A stretch of 61,273 bases of DNA, the filler included, from Asterionella formosa (lineage: Eukaryota): assembly GCA_002256025.1 (NCBI GenBank). It is 14 parts of 14 records of this genome, joined end to end, with 100 filler letters (N's around TTAATTAATTAA, not from the genome) between each part and the next. Parts side by side here need not be neighbours in the genome. Positions count along the whole stretch, not along the records: positions 1 to 4,303 come from NKIB01013601.1; positions 4,404 to 8,697 come from NKIB01013602.1; positions 8,798 to 13,090 come from NKIB01013603.1; 11 more parts are not named here. The stretch is one strand, 5' to 3'. Below, piece after piece: positions 1 to 9,582 of the stretch. The position numbers were made by a program, and so were the translations under genes. Each line of letters opens with the position of its first letter. Position 1 is the stretch's first letter. Under the pieces are notes generated by a model, which had not been told where the DNA came from, ran no database searches, and was given only the letters and a program-made list of their open reading frames with translations.

Positions 1-1411
1 AGCTAGCCTGATGCAATAAGTGGAATTGATGCAGACTTTCATCAGGACACCAAACTTGACTCAACTATCAGGATCAATACAAGTGGGGTGGGCACTACCA
101 TGATGGCAGAGTCTAATAAGGACTACTTGTATGTGACTTGTTTGGAGAAGAAGTTGTGAGATTTCCAGGCTGCTCTGGAAGCAGGCTATGGCTACCACAT
201 AATTATGTAAATGAGATTGAAGATGACTGTGTCACAACTACTCCTCTATGTAGTAGTACATCTGTATACTATATAGATTGAACATAGCATCACTGGTCTA
301 TTATGGTGCAACAGTTGACTCTGTGAAACTCAGGAGAGTGAGAGACTACCAAGCAAGAAGTTTTTCAAAGGAGGAGAGGAGAGGAAATAGCCAGGAACAT
401 CGTTAAAAGAGATAGAAACACCTAAAAAGCTCAATTTTGAAGGATTTTTAGCACCAACTGGACCAGGAAACAAATCACAGAGATTGAGATACAAAGGCCA
501 AACAATCACAGTTTTGCCCCAGAGGAGGACCTGGAAACTTTATAGGTACTATTCATTAGGAGTGATCACAAATCAATATAACGAACTTTATAGGTAGAGG
601 ATATGAGATATCACAAATCAAGACACAACTGCAAATCTAGAAGGATGCATAAAGAGAAATTCCCAGATTCGATTACAAATATAGTTGAAATCTACAACAT
701 CTTGGTTATGGAATTACTTATTACTTCAAATTAATTAGTACGTGTTCATACGATCTAGTTCATCTTACATCAGTCAAGTAATTCTACCAACATGAAAGTC
801 TCACGTAGCACTAATTTACAAGGAACAAAGTGAATGAGTTAACTAAGTGAAGTAATGATGAAAAATGCATCAGCAGAGTCGTTTTCATCCTCGTTTTTCT
901 ATGGATGCTTACTATAACAGTAGAATTACATATTTTTCACCAACTAAATTAAATCAGAGCCGTCTAATTGATCAACAATAAAGGAAATGGGATCGATAAT
1001 TCTCAACTTTCCTCACATGCTTCGAGGCCTGCATTATGTTGATATCTCATGTCCTTCAAGTTCATCACCATGTGCTGATAATACTATGAGGAATCTCCAC
1101 AAGACAATGCAAAAGTCTCAAAAGACTATTCATTTCTAACAGTCGACATTATCAAATGATAAAAAAATTCATCTTTTCGGTTTGATCATGACGATATTCA
1201 AGCCTTGCATTTTCAATAGTAGCAAATTGAAAGCAAATTCGGAACTACGTGTTGCGTCAATGCTTGTTTGTCGCAGACGCTCACAACAAGGGAGACAATG
1301 GTTAAGCCTGCATTAGATCGCATCATCATTGTAACATTGGAATATTTTCCAGTGAAACCATTATCACAGCTCATTGTACATGATTCCCTGATGGCTGAAA
1401 TGCCCATTCCA

Positions 1412-4252
1412 CTAGTAGCAAACATCAGTTGCATTCGGTTCTGAGCAACAACCACATATTAAATCACAGCCCACCATGGAAGTAGTAACTTCACCTAAAT
1501 TCTCGCAAACTCCTAACGGAACTTCTCCAAGGAAAAAATTACCAGCAACAAAAAGTTTCTGGAGCTTCGTAAGCATACCAAGAGAACTGGGCAACGAGCC
1601 AGTCAAACTATTGTTGGCAACATTCAACTCAGTCAACAATTCAAGCATTCCTAATTCAGGTGGTAAAGATCCAGTAAGCTTGTTGTTTTGGAGATAAACT
1701 GCTGTCAGGAGTGACATGTAACCAATGGAAGTAGGTATGGTTCCATCAATTTCGTTGTCATTAAAGGAAAAATGGTCTAGGTTTGTTAACCCTTGGAAAG
1801 CGTCAGGAAGAGAACCTCTAAGGCTACAGTTGTGCAGGTGCAAGTCACGAGCATTCCGAAAATTTCCAAGTAGTCCGCTAATGCTTCCACCAAGTGGATT
1901 GTCATTCAAGGCCAGAAATTCAAGCTGGGGAAACTTGCTATATAGCTCAAGTGGAATGCCCCCAGTGAGTCTGTTATTAGATACGTCAAGGGAACTCAAA
2001 GAAGTGGTGAATCCCAATGGAATAGTCCCATTAAACTGGTTGCCTGCAGCTCCAAAGAATTCAAGCGATTGCCATCCCTGAATATCATTTTGAGCTGGGA
2101 TGGAACCTGTGAATGCATTTCCTGATAAATCAATGTACTTAAAGGTAGGAATTAATGCCATTATATCTGGAAGAGTACCCGTCAGCTGATTATATGAGAT
2201 GTCTGCTCGTTGAAGTTTAAAGAAGATGCCTACAAAATCAGTAATGTTAACAGACTCAACACCTGGAACACTGCCAGATATGCGATTGTGTGAAAGGGTA
2301 AATTCTTGACGACCCAACATTTCCTTGCCTAAATTTGGCAAATTTCCCGAAAACTGGTTATTGTCAAGATAGATAAAATCGAGACTAACCAAACCAACGA
2401 AAGGAGGAATGGTCCCATTCAATGTGTTGATCTGGATGTTCAATGAGCCCAATGAAACAAGATTAGTAATATTTTGAGAGAGTGTCCCAGTGAGTTTGTT
2501 CTTGGAGAGATCTAACTTTTTCAATAGCCCAAGAGTGTATGTTGAGGACGGGATTGTGCCAGTTAATGTGTTATCGAACAACTCAAGAAGAAGGAGATCT
2601 TGAAGGTTTCCAATTCCTTTTGGGACTGGTCCACTTAACTGATTGGCACTCAAATCAAGATTTACAAGATTGGTCAGCTCCGAAATCTCTGGAGGTATCG
2701 TTCCATTGATAGCATTTTTTGCAAGACGAAGAAGAGTCAAACCCTCAATTAAACCGATCTCGCTTGGGATTTGGCTGCTGAGTCCATTTCTTGTTAAGTC
2801 GACTCCAGTTACAACTTGTTTTCGACTGAAGTCGGATGCACAAGTGACACCAATACTCCAGTCACAAACATGAAGGATCGGCGACAGCCATTGCTCTTGT
2901 TCCAACCAATTCTCACCTTTCATGGCATAGTAGAATACGGTTAGAATGTATCGTTCAGAGAAAATCAATCCTACGCCTTCGGTATCAAATTCATCCACTG
3001 ATGACAACCAACCAACAGCTCGACGCTGTGGCGATTCAGGAGTTAAGACAGTTTCAGAACCCGAAATGGCAATAGCTGCTCGTTCAAAATCAGCAGTGAT
3101 AAAGGAAGGAGCAGATGTAGGTGACATGGTCGGTTCGCTGGTCACAACAACTTGTGGATCTCCACCAGATCCTTTTAAAGCAAATACAATTGCTCCGACA
3201 CTTCCTCCAACAATGAGGAAACAAACGAAAGCAAATAGATGACGAACTGACCTGTCCTTGAGAATATATTTTATTCCAAAACTGGCTGACTCGGCATAGA
3301 CGATATCCTCGTCTTTTTCAATGACAGGTACAGCTTCAATGTAAGCAGAGCCCATGTTTGCTTCAACATCCAATTCTCCAAACTCCTGATTAATTTGGTC
3401 ATTCCATGGCCGCTCGGCACGACGAGGCGTACCAAAGGCAAGGCCTTCCATTTCGACGGCTCCAGGACGATCCGCTCGGGGGAAATGAGCACGGCCTCGT
3501 GATGGCATGGATTGTGTCACGGGCCGCTCGACAATGGCAGTGTCCTCTCTCCCTGGTGGTGCACTCTGCTGCCGGCGGGAGGCACCACCATGCATCGCTT
3601 CCATGTTCTTTTCATGAAGTGATTGCATAGCATGTCGGTGGTCATTCCTGAAAGCAACAGGAACGGCAATATCCCTTGGAGGCATGGGTACAGTATTATT
3701 GGCTGAAAGTTGTTGTTGTTGTTCTTCTTCGAAGCGATCTGCCATTTCCTCGGCAATATGAGAATCTGTTCCGACCGAGATCAAATACTGAATCAACAAC
3801 ATTCGCGTGTCTTCCGCTTCTTCTCCTGGACGCCGCCGAGCAACGGGCATACTAGGAGCACGAGCTGCAGCAAGAGGCCCACGAGGACTCGCAGAGGGAG
3901 GCACGGATACCATATACCTTTGCTCATTCTGCTCACGTTTTGCACGGTTAATCCCTTGCTCCAATGCGCGAATGACATTGCTGGCAACGCTACCATCATT
4001 GTCGTCATCATCATCAAAAATGGCAAACTTGTCAATGTCATGAGAGTTATTTCTACTAGTAGCTGGCAAAATTGTGTTTGGAGCCGTAGCATCAGATACA
4101 AATGTTTCCATCCCACATTGTTGCTGCTCTTCAAATCGAGTCGCCAGTTTTTCAGCTACTGCGGGGTTTGCTCCAGCAGAAATCATGTACTGAACCACCA
4201 AATCATGCGTGTCCAAAGGGGAATGATGGGACACTTGAGACTTGGCAGCCAT
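1412..4252 (-). CDS. Leucine-rich repeat type II membrane protein (receptor-like, no kinase), 946 aa
   Basis: Uninterrupted ORF with a low-complexity N-terminus, one hydrophobic segment (LFAFVCFLIVGGSVGAIVFAL), a PTxSPT stalk and an LRR N-cap (ERYILTVFYYAMKGENW...WLS...CDWSIGVTC). Many plant-type LRRs (LxxLxLxxNxLxGxIP) follow, then a Cys-rich end (CDLICGCC). This architecture is common in diatoms. Confidence 0.9.
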   Translation of the reverse strand: MAAKSQVSHHSPLDTHDLVVQYMISAGANPAVAEKLATRFEEQQQCGMETFVSDATAPNTILPATSRNNSHDIDKFAIFDDDDDNDGSVASNVIRALEQGINRAKREQNEQRYMVSVPPSASPRGPLAAARAPSMPVARRRPGEEAEDTRMLLIQYLISVGTDSHIAEEMADRFEEEQQQQLSANNTVPMPPRDIAVPVAFRNDHRHAMQSLHEKNMEAMHGGASRRQQSAPPGREDTAIVERPVTQSMPSRGRAHFPRADRPGAVEMEGLAFGTPRRAERPWNDQINQEFGELDVEANMGSAYIEAVPVIEKDEDIVYAESASFGIKYILKDRSVRHLFAFVCFLIVGGSVGAIVFALKGSGGDPQVVVTSEPTMSPTSAPSFITADFERAAIAISGSETVLTPESPQRRAVGWLSSVDEFDTEGVGLIFSERYILTVFYYAMKGENWLEQEQWLSPILHVCDWSIGVTCASDFSRKQVVTGVDLTRNGLSSQIPSEIGLIEGLTLLRLAKNAINGTIPPEISELTNLVNLDLSANQLSGPVPKGIGNLQDLLLLELFDNTLTGTIPSSTYTLGLLKKLDLSKNKLTGTLSQNITNLVSLGSLNIQINTLNGTIPPFVGLVSLDFIYLDNNQFSGNLPNLGKEMLGRQEFTLSHNRISGSVPGVESVNITDFVGIFFKLQRADISYNQLTGTLPDIMALIPTFKYIDLSGNAFTGSIPAQNDIQGWQSLEFFGAAGNQFNGTIPLGFTTSLSSLDVSNNRLTGGIPLELYSKFPQLEFLALNDNPLGGSISGLLGNFRNARDLHLHNCSLRGSLPDAFQGLTNLDHFSFNDNEIDGTIPTSIGYMSLLTAVYLQNNKLTGSLPPELGMLELLTELNVANNSLTGSLPSSLGMLTKLQKLFVAGNFFLGEVPLGVCENLGEVTTSMVGCDLICGCCSEPNATDVCY

Positions 4253-4303
4253 GGGAGTGTGGGGGGTCTGTTTCCGTTGTGCAGAAGCCGTCTGTGTGAC
4301 GAA

Positions 4304-4403
4304 NNNNNNNNNNNNNNNNNNNNNNNNNNNNNNNNNNNNNNNNNNNNTTAATTAATTAANNNNNNNNNNNNNNNNNNNNNNNNNNNNNNNNNNNNNNNNN
4401 NNN
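4304..4403. other. Artificial contig-joining spacer (N-run, TTAATTAATTAA, N-run); first of 13
   Basis: The same 100-nt spacer with six-frame stops recurs at 8698, 13091, 17478, 21864, 26247, 30630, 35012, 39393, 43773, 48150, 52526 and 56900. Contig lengths fall steadily from 4303 to 4274 bp. Confidence 0.99.
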
Positions 4404-4404
4404 T

Positions 4405-7400
4405 GAAAGCTACAAGAGTTTGGTAGTAGGAAGGTTCGGCCTGGCGCGCAACACGCTAACGGTCGAAGAGATTAAGACAGACATCCCGGACTACTACGAT
4501 CTATATGTCCGGGATGACGTCAAAACGACTAACAAGAACAAGAGTGAACAGGCCTTCTACACGAAAGGGAAGTTCAAAGGTGACTGTCGTAAGTGTGGCA
4601 AGTATGGCCACAAGGCGGCTGAATGTCGCAGTAAGGGCAATAGTGCCGACAAGAAGGAGCTCACTCCTGAGCAGAAAGAAAAGAGGAAAACGATCAAGTG
4701 TTTCAAGTGCCAACGCATGGGACACTACGCAAGTGAGTGCACCAGTAACAGTGCATCTAAGAATAATAAAAACGAAGAAAACAACACGACTACATCTACC
4801 CAGCAAGGAATGTTCGTCGCCACGTGTGTCGAAATTAGTTACAACGAGGAAGTCAACCTCGCTCGTGACGTCAGAAATCGCTGGTTGTTAGACAGCGGTG
4901 CTACTGTTCACATCTGCACAGACGTGCGCATGATGGAAGACAAGAAACAAGTGAGTGAAACGGTCGTGGTAGGGAATGGAACTGAGATAGTATCAACTGT
5001 CTCTGGTACCGTGACCCTGACGACTACGGACGAAGGAAAATGCTTGAAACTCACCGATGTGCTTTATGCACCGGAGTTCAAGCAGAACATCATCAGTGTC
5101 TCTAGAATGATCGACAAGGGTAATCAAGTGATCTTCGAGGATGATAGGATGACGATAAGAAACAAGAGCGGTTTTCTAACCTGCAAAAGAGATAAAACTC
5201 GAAAGCTCGGAGCAATGTATCATGTCGAAGGTAATCCGATCATCAAGCAAACGGTGATGGAAGTCGATCAACTGCAAGAGAACGCGACACAACAATCGAT
5301 CGACGACTACAACGAAAACGATTGGACGAAAGTTGAAGCAAAGAAAACGAACAAAGGAAAGAACAAATGGAATAATCAAAATGGTGAGTTTGAAAATAAT
5401 TATGTGATTGTCGATATCAATGAAGCGCATGCGATGCTTGGTCATGTGGGCGAGAAATGTTTGCACGATACGGCGAAATTATTTGAATGGAAGTTGAGCG
5501 GCATCATGACAGTGTGCGCAGGCTGTGCGGCAGCGAAAGCGAAAGCACGAGCCGTCCCAAAAACAACGCAAGAAAAATCGACGGTACCTGGAGAGAGACT
5601 GTTTGTGGACATCAGCGGACCCTACGCGAAATCCGCTGTTGGCAATCAGTACTGGGTCATGGCAGTGGACGACTACACAAGAAAGCGCTGGAGCTATTTC
5701 ATTAAAAAGAAGAGCGATATCGGAACAGTCATTGAAATTTTACTATCAAGTTTAGCCGGAGCCGGTCACAAGACAAAGTATGTCCGTTGCGATGACGCAG
5801 GCGAGAATACTAAACAATTGAGAAAGGTATGTGAAAATCGCGGCATAAAAATGGAATTTACTGCCCCGCACACTCCACGTCACAATGGTGTAGTGGAACG
5901 CGGTTTTGTCATTGTGCGACAGAGGGCACTAGCAATGATGCTAAGTGCGAAACTAACAGATGAGTACCAAGGGCTATTATGGGCAGAGGCGGTACATACA
6001 GCTACACGTTTAACAAATAGTACAGTTAACTCAGTAACTAAAAGAAGTCCCGACGACATGTTCTACGGCGAAATGAATCCAAGAAGGCCCTACAAGTTAT
6101 ACAAGCAATTTGGGCGCGTAGGATGGGTTACTGCAAGACACGGCATTAAGAAATTAGACGCACGTTCTTTCAAGTGTGTCTTTTTGGGTTATTTGGAGGA
6201 CCACTCCCAAGATACGTATCGTATGTATAATCATGAGACTAACGCTGTAATCAATACACGCGATGTTAAGTGGAGTGAGTGGCATGGAACAAATGCACCT
6301 ACAGACGGACTAGGAAAAATCTACAAGGACAGTGCTAAAGAGAAAGTAACAGTTCAACCAGAAGCTGAAGTCAATAATGATGGATTAGATGATGATTTCT
6401 ACAATGAAGATTTACTACCAGAAGGTTCAGACAACAAGGAAGATGATGACGACAAGGATAAAGCAACCGCAGACACTGAAAAAGGAAAATCTACCTCAAG
6501 GAGTGATGAAATTTCTGACCTAGAAAAGAGAAATGTTTTGAAGCAACAGGCAAAGTTGGAACGAGAAATGAAGAAGTTGGACTCATCATACAATCCAACT
6601 AAAAATGTTAAATTCACTTCAGACACTTCACTACCAAATGTGATTGAGGAGGAAGCTTCTTCGAATAAGGAAACTGAAGTAAATTTCGTATTCAATGCAA
6701 GTCTTGCATCGGACCCAGGTTTACCAAATAGTTATAATGAGGCAATGGTAAGACCTGATCGCAAAGAGTGGATGAAAGCTATAAAGAAAGAATTTGAAAA
6801 CTTCCAAGCAAGAGGAGTGTGGAAAATAGTTAAGAGAAATGACGTGAACAAGAGAGCTCTTAAGACAAGATGGGTCTTCCGTATTAAGGAGGACGTGATA
6901 ACCGGAAAGACAGTATACAAGGCACGGTTGGTTGTAAAGGGATATGAACAGATCCCGGGAGTTGATTTTACTGAAACATTCGCTCCTGTTGCAAGTGATG
7001 CTACAATAAAAACTGTTCTGGCTGTTACTTTGTACTACGGTTGGATAGCGGAAGCAATCGATGTTGAAGCAGCGTTTTTAAATGCTGACGTCGACGAAGA
7101 CATTTATATTGAGCCCCCAGAAGGATTGACAGGGATCGATCAGAATATACATATCTGCAAATTAATTAAGGCTATGTATGGAATTGTACAAGCTCCAAGA
7201 TGCTGGTCTAAGACATTTGCGAAATGCGTCACCAGCAAGAAAGGTATAACGAAAAGTGAAATAGACCCAATGTTGTTTATCTACCGTAACAACGATGGAC
7301 AAATTGAAGGGCTGTTGGCAAACTACGTGGATGATGGAATTATTTGTGGTACCAGGAATGCAGTCGACTATATGAAAAATATGATCAAGGAGGATTTTAA

Positions 7401-8517
7401 TATCACGGAACAAGGTCCCCTACGAAAACACTTAGGTGTGGAATATATGCGCAAGCATGACAAATTTGGAGAATACTGGGAAGTACAACTGAAGAAATTT
7501 CGTACTGAAATGCTACTGGAATATGAAATGCTTACTGGTAAGAAGATAAAGTCTTATGCGACACCAGGAGCACCAGGAAAAACATTAGGAGCCAATAATG
7601 GAGAAACTATTATGGAGGCGGAATATCGCAAGATTGTTGGGAAACTATTATGGTCTACTAAGAAAGATTCCCCGGACTGTGCCAATGCAGTACGTGAATT
7701 ATCTTCGTATTTAAGCTGTCCAGGCGAAGAACACTGGGATGGAATTTCACGAGTTGTTGGATTCTTATCAAGCAAATTGGACAGAGTTCTCAAGATTCGA
7801 AAACCAAAGGAATTACGGGTTATTGCTTATGTTGATAGTGACTGGGCTGCTAATAAGGTAAGCCGGAAAAGTACTACGGGTTTTCTGGTTACCATTGGTG
7901 GTGCGTTGATCAGTTGGCAATCAAAGGGCCAGTCATCCGTTACGCTATCAAGCACAGAAGCAGAATACGTTGCAATGTCGCAATGTGCTCAAGAGATTAA
8001 ATTTATTGCAATGTTACTCAACGAAGTGACAGGTGGCAAAAATATCCTACCAAGCATTTTACATGAGGATAATACAGGTGCAATATTCACAGCGAAGAAT
8101 CAACAACTTGGAACAAGAACAAAACACATTGATATTAAGTTTCATCATGTCAAGAACATGATAGATGAGGGTGAGTTGCATATTGTTTTTCTAAGATCAG
8201 AAAACAATCCAGCAGACATTTTGACGAAGAATGTCAAAGAGCAGATTTTTACAAGGTTATCTGGACCCGTGCTGAGTGGTACAATTTTAGAACTTCTTGA
8301 ACATGGTAACGAGGAGGATGTCAAGAATATAGCATCAATGGCTATAATGAGTCACAAGGACTGTGGACTCGACTATAGTCCAATGAGTCAAATGGTGCGT
8401 TCCCATGTCAAGAAGCTTGCTAACGAGATTGATGTCTTAGATCAATCAGAAGAAGGTTTACATCAACGAAAAGGGAACACGAAGAACAGGTTCTCGAAGT
8501 GTGATGAATGGGATTGA
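4405..8517 (+). CDS. Copia gag-pol polyprotein (partial at 5' end, no internal stops)
   Basis: Frame is open from the contig edge. Two CCHC knuckles (CRKCGKYGHKAAEC, CFKCQRMGHYASEC), protease WLLDSGATVH, integrase HHCC plus D-D-E (FVDISGP, RCDDAGE, VVERG), RT YKARLVVKG and YVDD, RNase H YVDSDWA/EAEYVA/EDNTGA/NPADILTK. Confidence 0.96.
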   Translation, partial: ESYKSLVVGRFGLARNTLTVEEIKTDIPDYYDLYVRDDVKTTNKNKSEQAFYTKGKFKGDCRKCGKYGHKAAECRSKGNSADKKELTPEQKEKRKTIKCFKCQRMGHYASECTSNSASKNNKNEENNTTTSTQQGMFVATCVEISYNEEVNLARDVRNRWLLDSGATVHICTDVRMMEDKKQVSETVVVGNGTEIVSTVSGTVTLTTTDEGKCLKLTDVLYAPEFKQNIISVSRMIDKGNQVIFEDDRMTIRNKSGFLTCKRDKTRKLGAMYHVEGNPIIKQTVMEVDQLQENATQQSIDDYNENDWTKVEAKKTNKGKNKWNNQNGEFENNYVIVDINEAHAMLGHVGEKCLHDTAKLFEWKLSGIMTVCAGCAAAKAKARAVPKTTQEKSTVPGERLFVDISGPYAKSAVGNQYWVMAVDDYTRKRWSYFIKKKSDIGTVIEILLSSLAGAGHKTKYVRCDDAGENTKQLRKVCENRGIKMEFTAPHTPRHNGVVERGFVIVRQRALAMMLSAKLTDEYQGLLWAEAVHTATRLTNSTVNSVTKRSPDDMFYGEMNPRRPYKLYKQFGRVGWVTARHGIKKLDARSFKCVFLGYLEDHSQDTYRMYNHETNAVINTRDVKWSEWHGTNAPTDGLGKIYKDSAKEKVTVQPEAEVNNDGLDDDFYNEDLLPEGSDNKEDDDDKDKATADTEKGKSTSRSDEISDLEKRNVLKQQAKLEREMKKLDSSYNPTKNVKFTSDTSLPNVIEEEASSNKETEVNFVFNASLASDPGLPNSYNEAMVRPDRKEWMKAIKKEFENFQARGVWKIVKRNDVNKRALKTRWVFRIKEDVITGKTVYKARLVVKGYEQIPGVDFTETFAPVASDATIKTVLAVTLYYGWIAEAIDVEAAFLNADVDEDIYIEPPEGLTGIDQNIHICKLIKAMYGIVQAPRCWSKTFAKCVTSKKGITKSEIDPMLFIYRNNDGQIEGLLANYVDDGIICGTRNAVDYMKNMIKEDFNITEQGPLRKHLGVEYMRKHDKFGEYWEVQLKKFRTEMLLEYEMLTGKKIKSYATPGAPGKTLGANNGETIMEAEYRKIVGKLLWSTKKDSPDCANAVRELSSYLSCPGEEHWDGISRVVGFLSSKLDRVLKIRKPKELRVIAYVDSDWAANKVSRKSTTGFLVTIGGALISWQSKGQSSVTLSSTEAEYVAMSQCAQEIKFIAMLLNEVTGGKNILPSILHEDNTGAIFTAKNQQLGTRTKHIDIKFHHVKNMIDEGELHIVFLRSENNPADILTKNVKEQIFTRLSGPVLSGTILELLEHGNEEDVKNIASMAIMSHKDCGLDYSPMSQMVRSHVKKLANEIDVLDQSEEGLHQRKGNTKNRFSKCDEWD

Positions 8518-8697
8518 AACTTAGTTTTAGTTTAATCTTATAATTAAGAAACAGTGAGAATTGACAGAGTAAGGTCAATAACGAAAACTAGCACGAAGGC
8601 TAGCAGCAGAAAGAAGATAACAATACTAGTGGTATAGCAGGTAAGTTCTACGTAAGAGGAACCCGTCAGACGGGAAGGAGTACGAGACCTTTCAACA
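8319..8697 (+). repeat. 3' LTR (379 bp) preceded by polypurine tract GAGGAGGA (8311-8318)
   Basis: Starts TGTCAAG directly after the purine tract and ends TTCAACA at the contig break. No second LTR is available to confirm the boundaries. Confidence 0.75.
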
Positions 8698-9582
8698 NNN
8701 NNNNNNNNNNNNNNNNNNNNNNNNNNNNNNNNNNNNNNNNNTTAATTAATTAANNNNNNNNNNNNNNNNNNNNNNNNNNNNNNNNNNNNNNNNNNNNCGT
8801 AGATGAGCTCACTTTAATAACAAAGTGACACAAGCTTTCAATAGAGAAACGCTAAATATAATACTGAAAGCTGAGGAGAACCAACCAATGCTTTTCATAG
8901 CCGAACAATTCCACCCTATAGTTCTCTACCGTTAGCCACTCACATGGGAGGGGATCTACTGGGTACAAGCAGCTCACCTGCGAAGGGCCAAGATTGCCAA
9001 TTTCGATGAGCTAGTTGTTATTGCCTCTGCAGATCCAGATCACGAAAGAGTGCCCATGTCCATGACTATCCGATTGAAATACAGACTTGTGTGTTAAAAT
9101 GGTGTTCTATATGTAGTAGTGGTTACACCCCTCTTGTGAGGACTCTCCTTCATTGATGCAACAAGTGGCGCAATCGATTTGTTCATAGGGTCCTGGCAAA
9201 CGCTACTTGAAAGCCATCCTAGCCTGTCGTTTGCATGTCCTCACAATTGTCATCTGTGCATTTAAAATATAAGCCTCCGCCAAAGATAAGATGTGAGTAG
9301 ACATGGCAATTGTGGGATGAATATCATAAGGTATATGTTTCCGATTGCCTGGGGTAGATCGGGGACACACATCTCTCGACAATACCACGGAAAAGCATGC
9401 AGTAACTACTAATGTTCTAGATCCACTTTTTGGCCAGAGGCATATGCAAAAACTTTTTTACAATCTGTTGAGGAATGCTCTGCAATGAAATGAAATTTAA
9501 AAAGTTTGCTTGCATACGGCTAATTTTGCTTGTATACGGCTAACATCCTCGTGTCCCCAAAACCACTACATGTTGTCATTTA

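Larger units (their letters stand above)
4404..8697 (+). mobile_element. Ty1/copia LTR retrotransposon, 5' truncated by contig edge, complete to end of 3' LTR
   Basis: Copia domain order gag knuckles-PR-IN-RT-RH, then a purine tract and a TGT...ACA-bounded LTR ending exactly at the contig end. Confidence 0.95.

Noticed and set aside
1..600. Possible remnant of a LINE C-terminus (QDQ..VGW...GRV-like peptide across frameshifts)
   Set aside because: Too degenerate. It needs several frameshifts and has no second supporting motif.
1476..4351. Short ORFs antisense to or overlapping the LRR gene (likewise those over copia pol and UAP56)
   Set aside because: Shadow ORFs of real coding sequence with no independent motifs.
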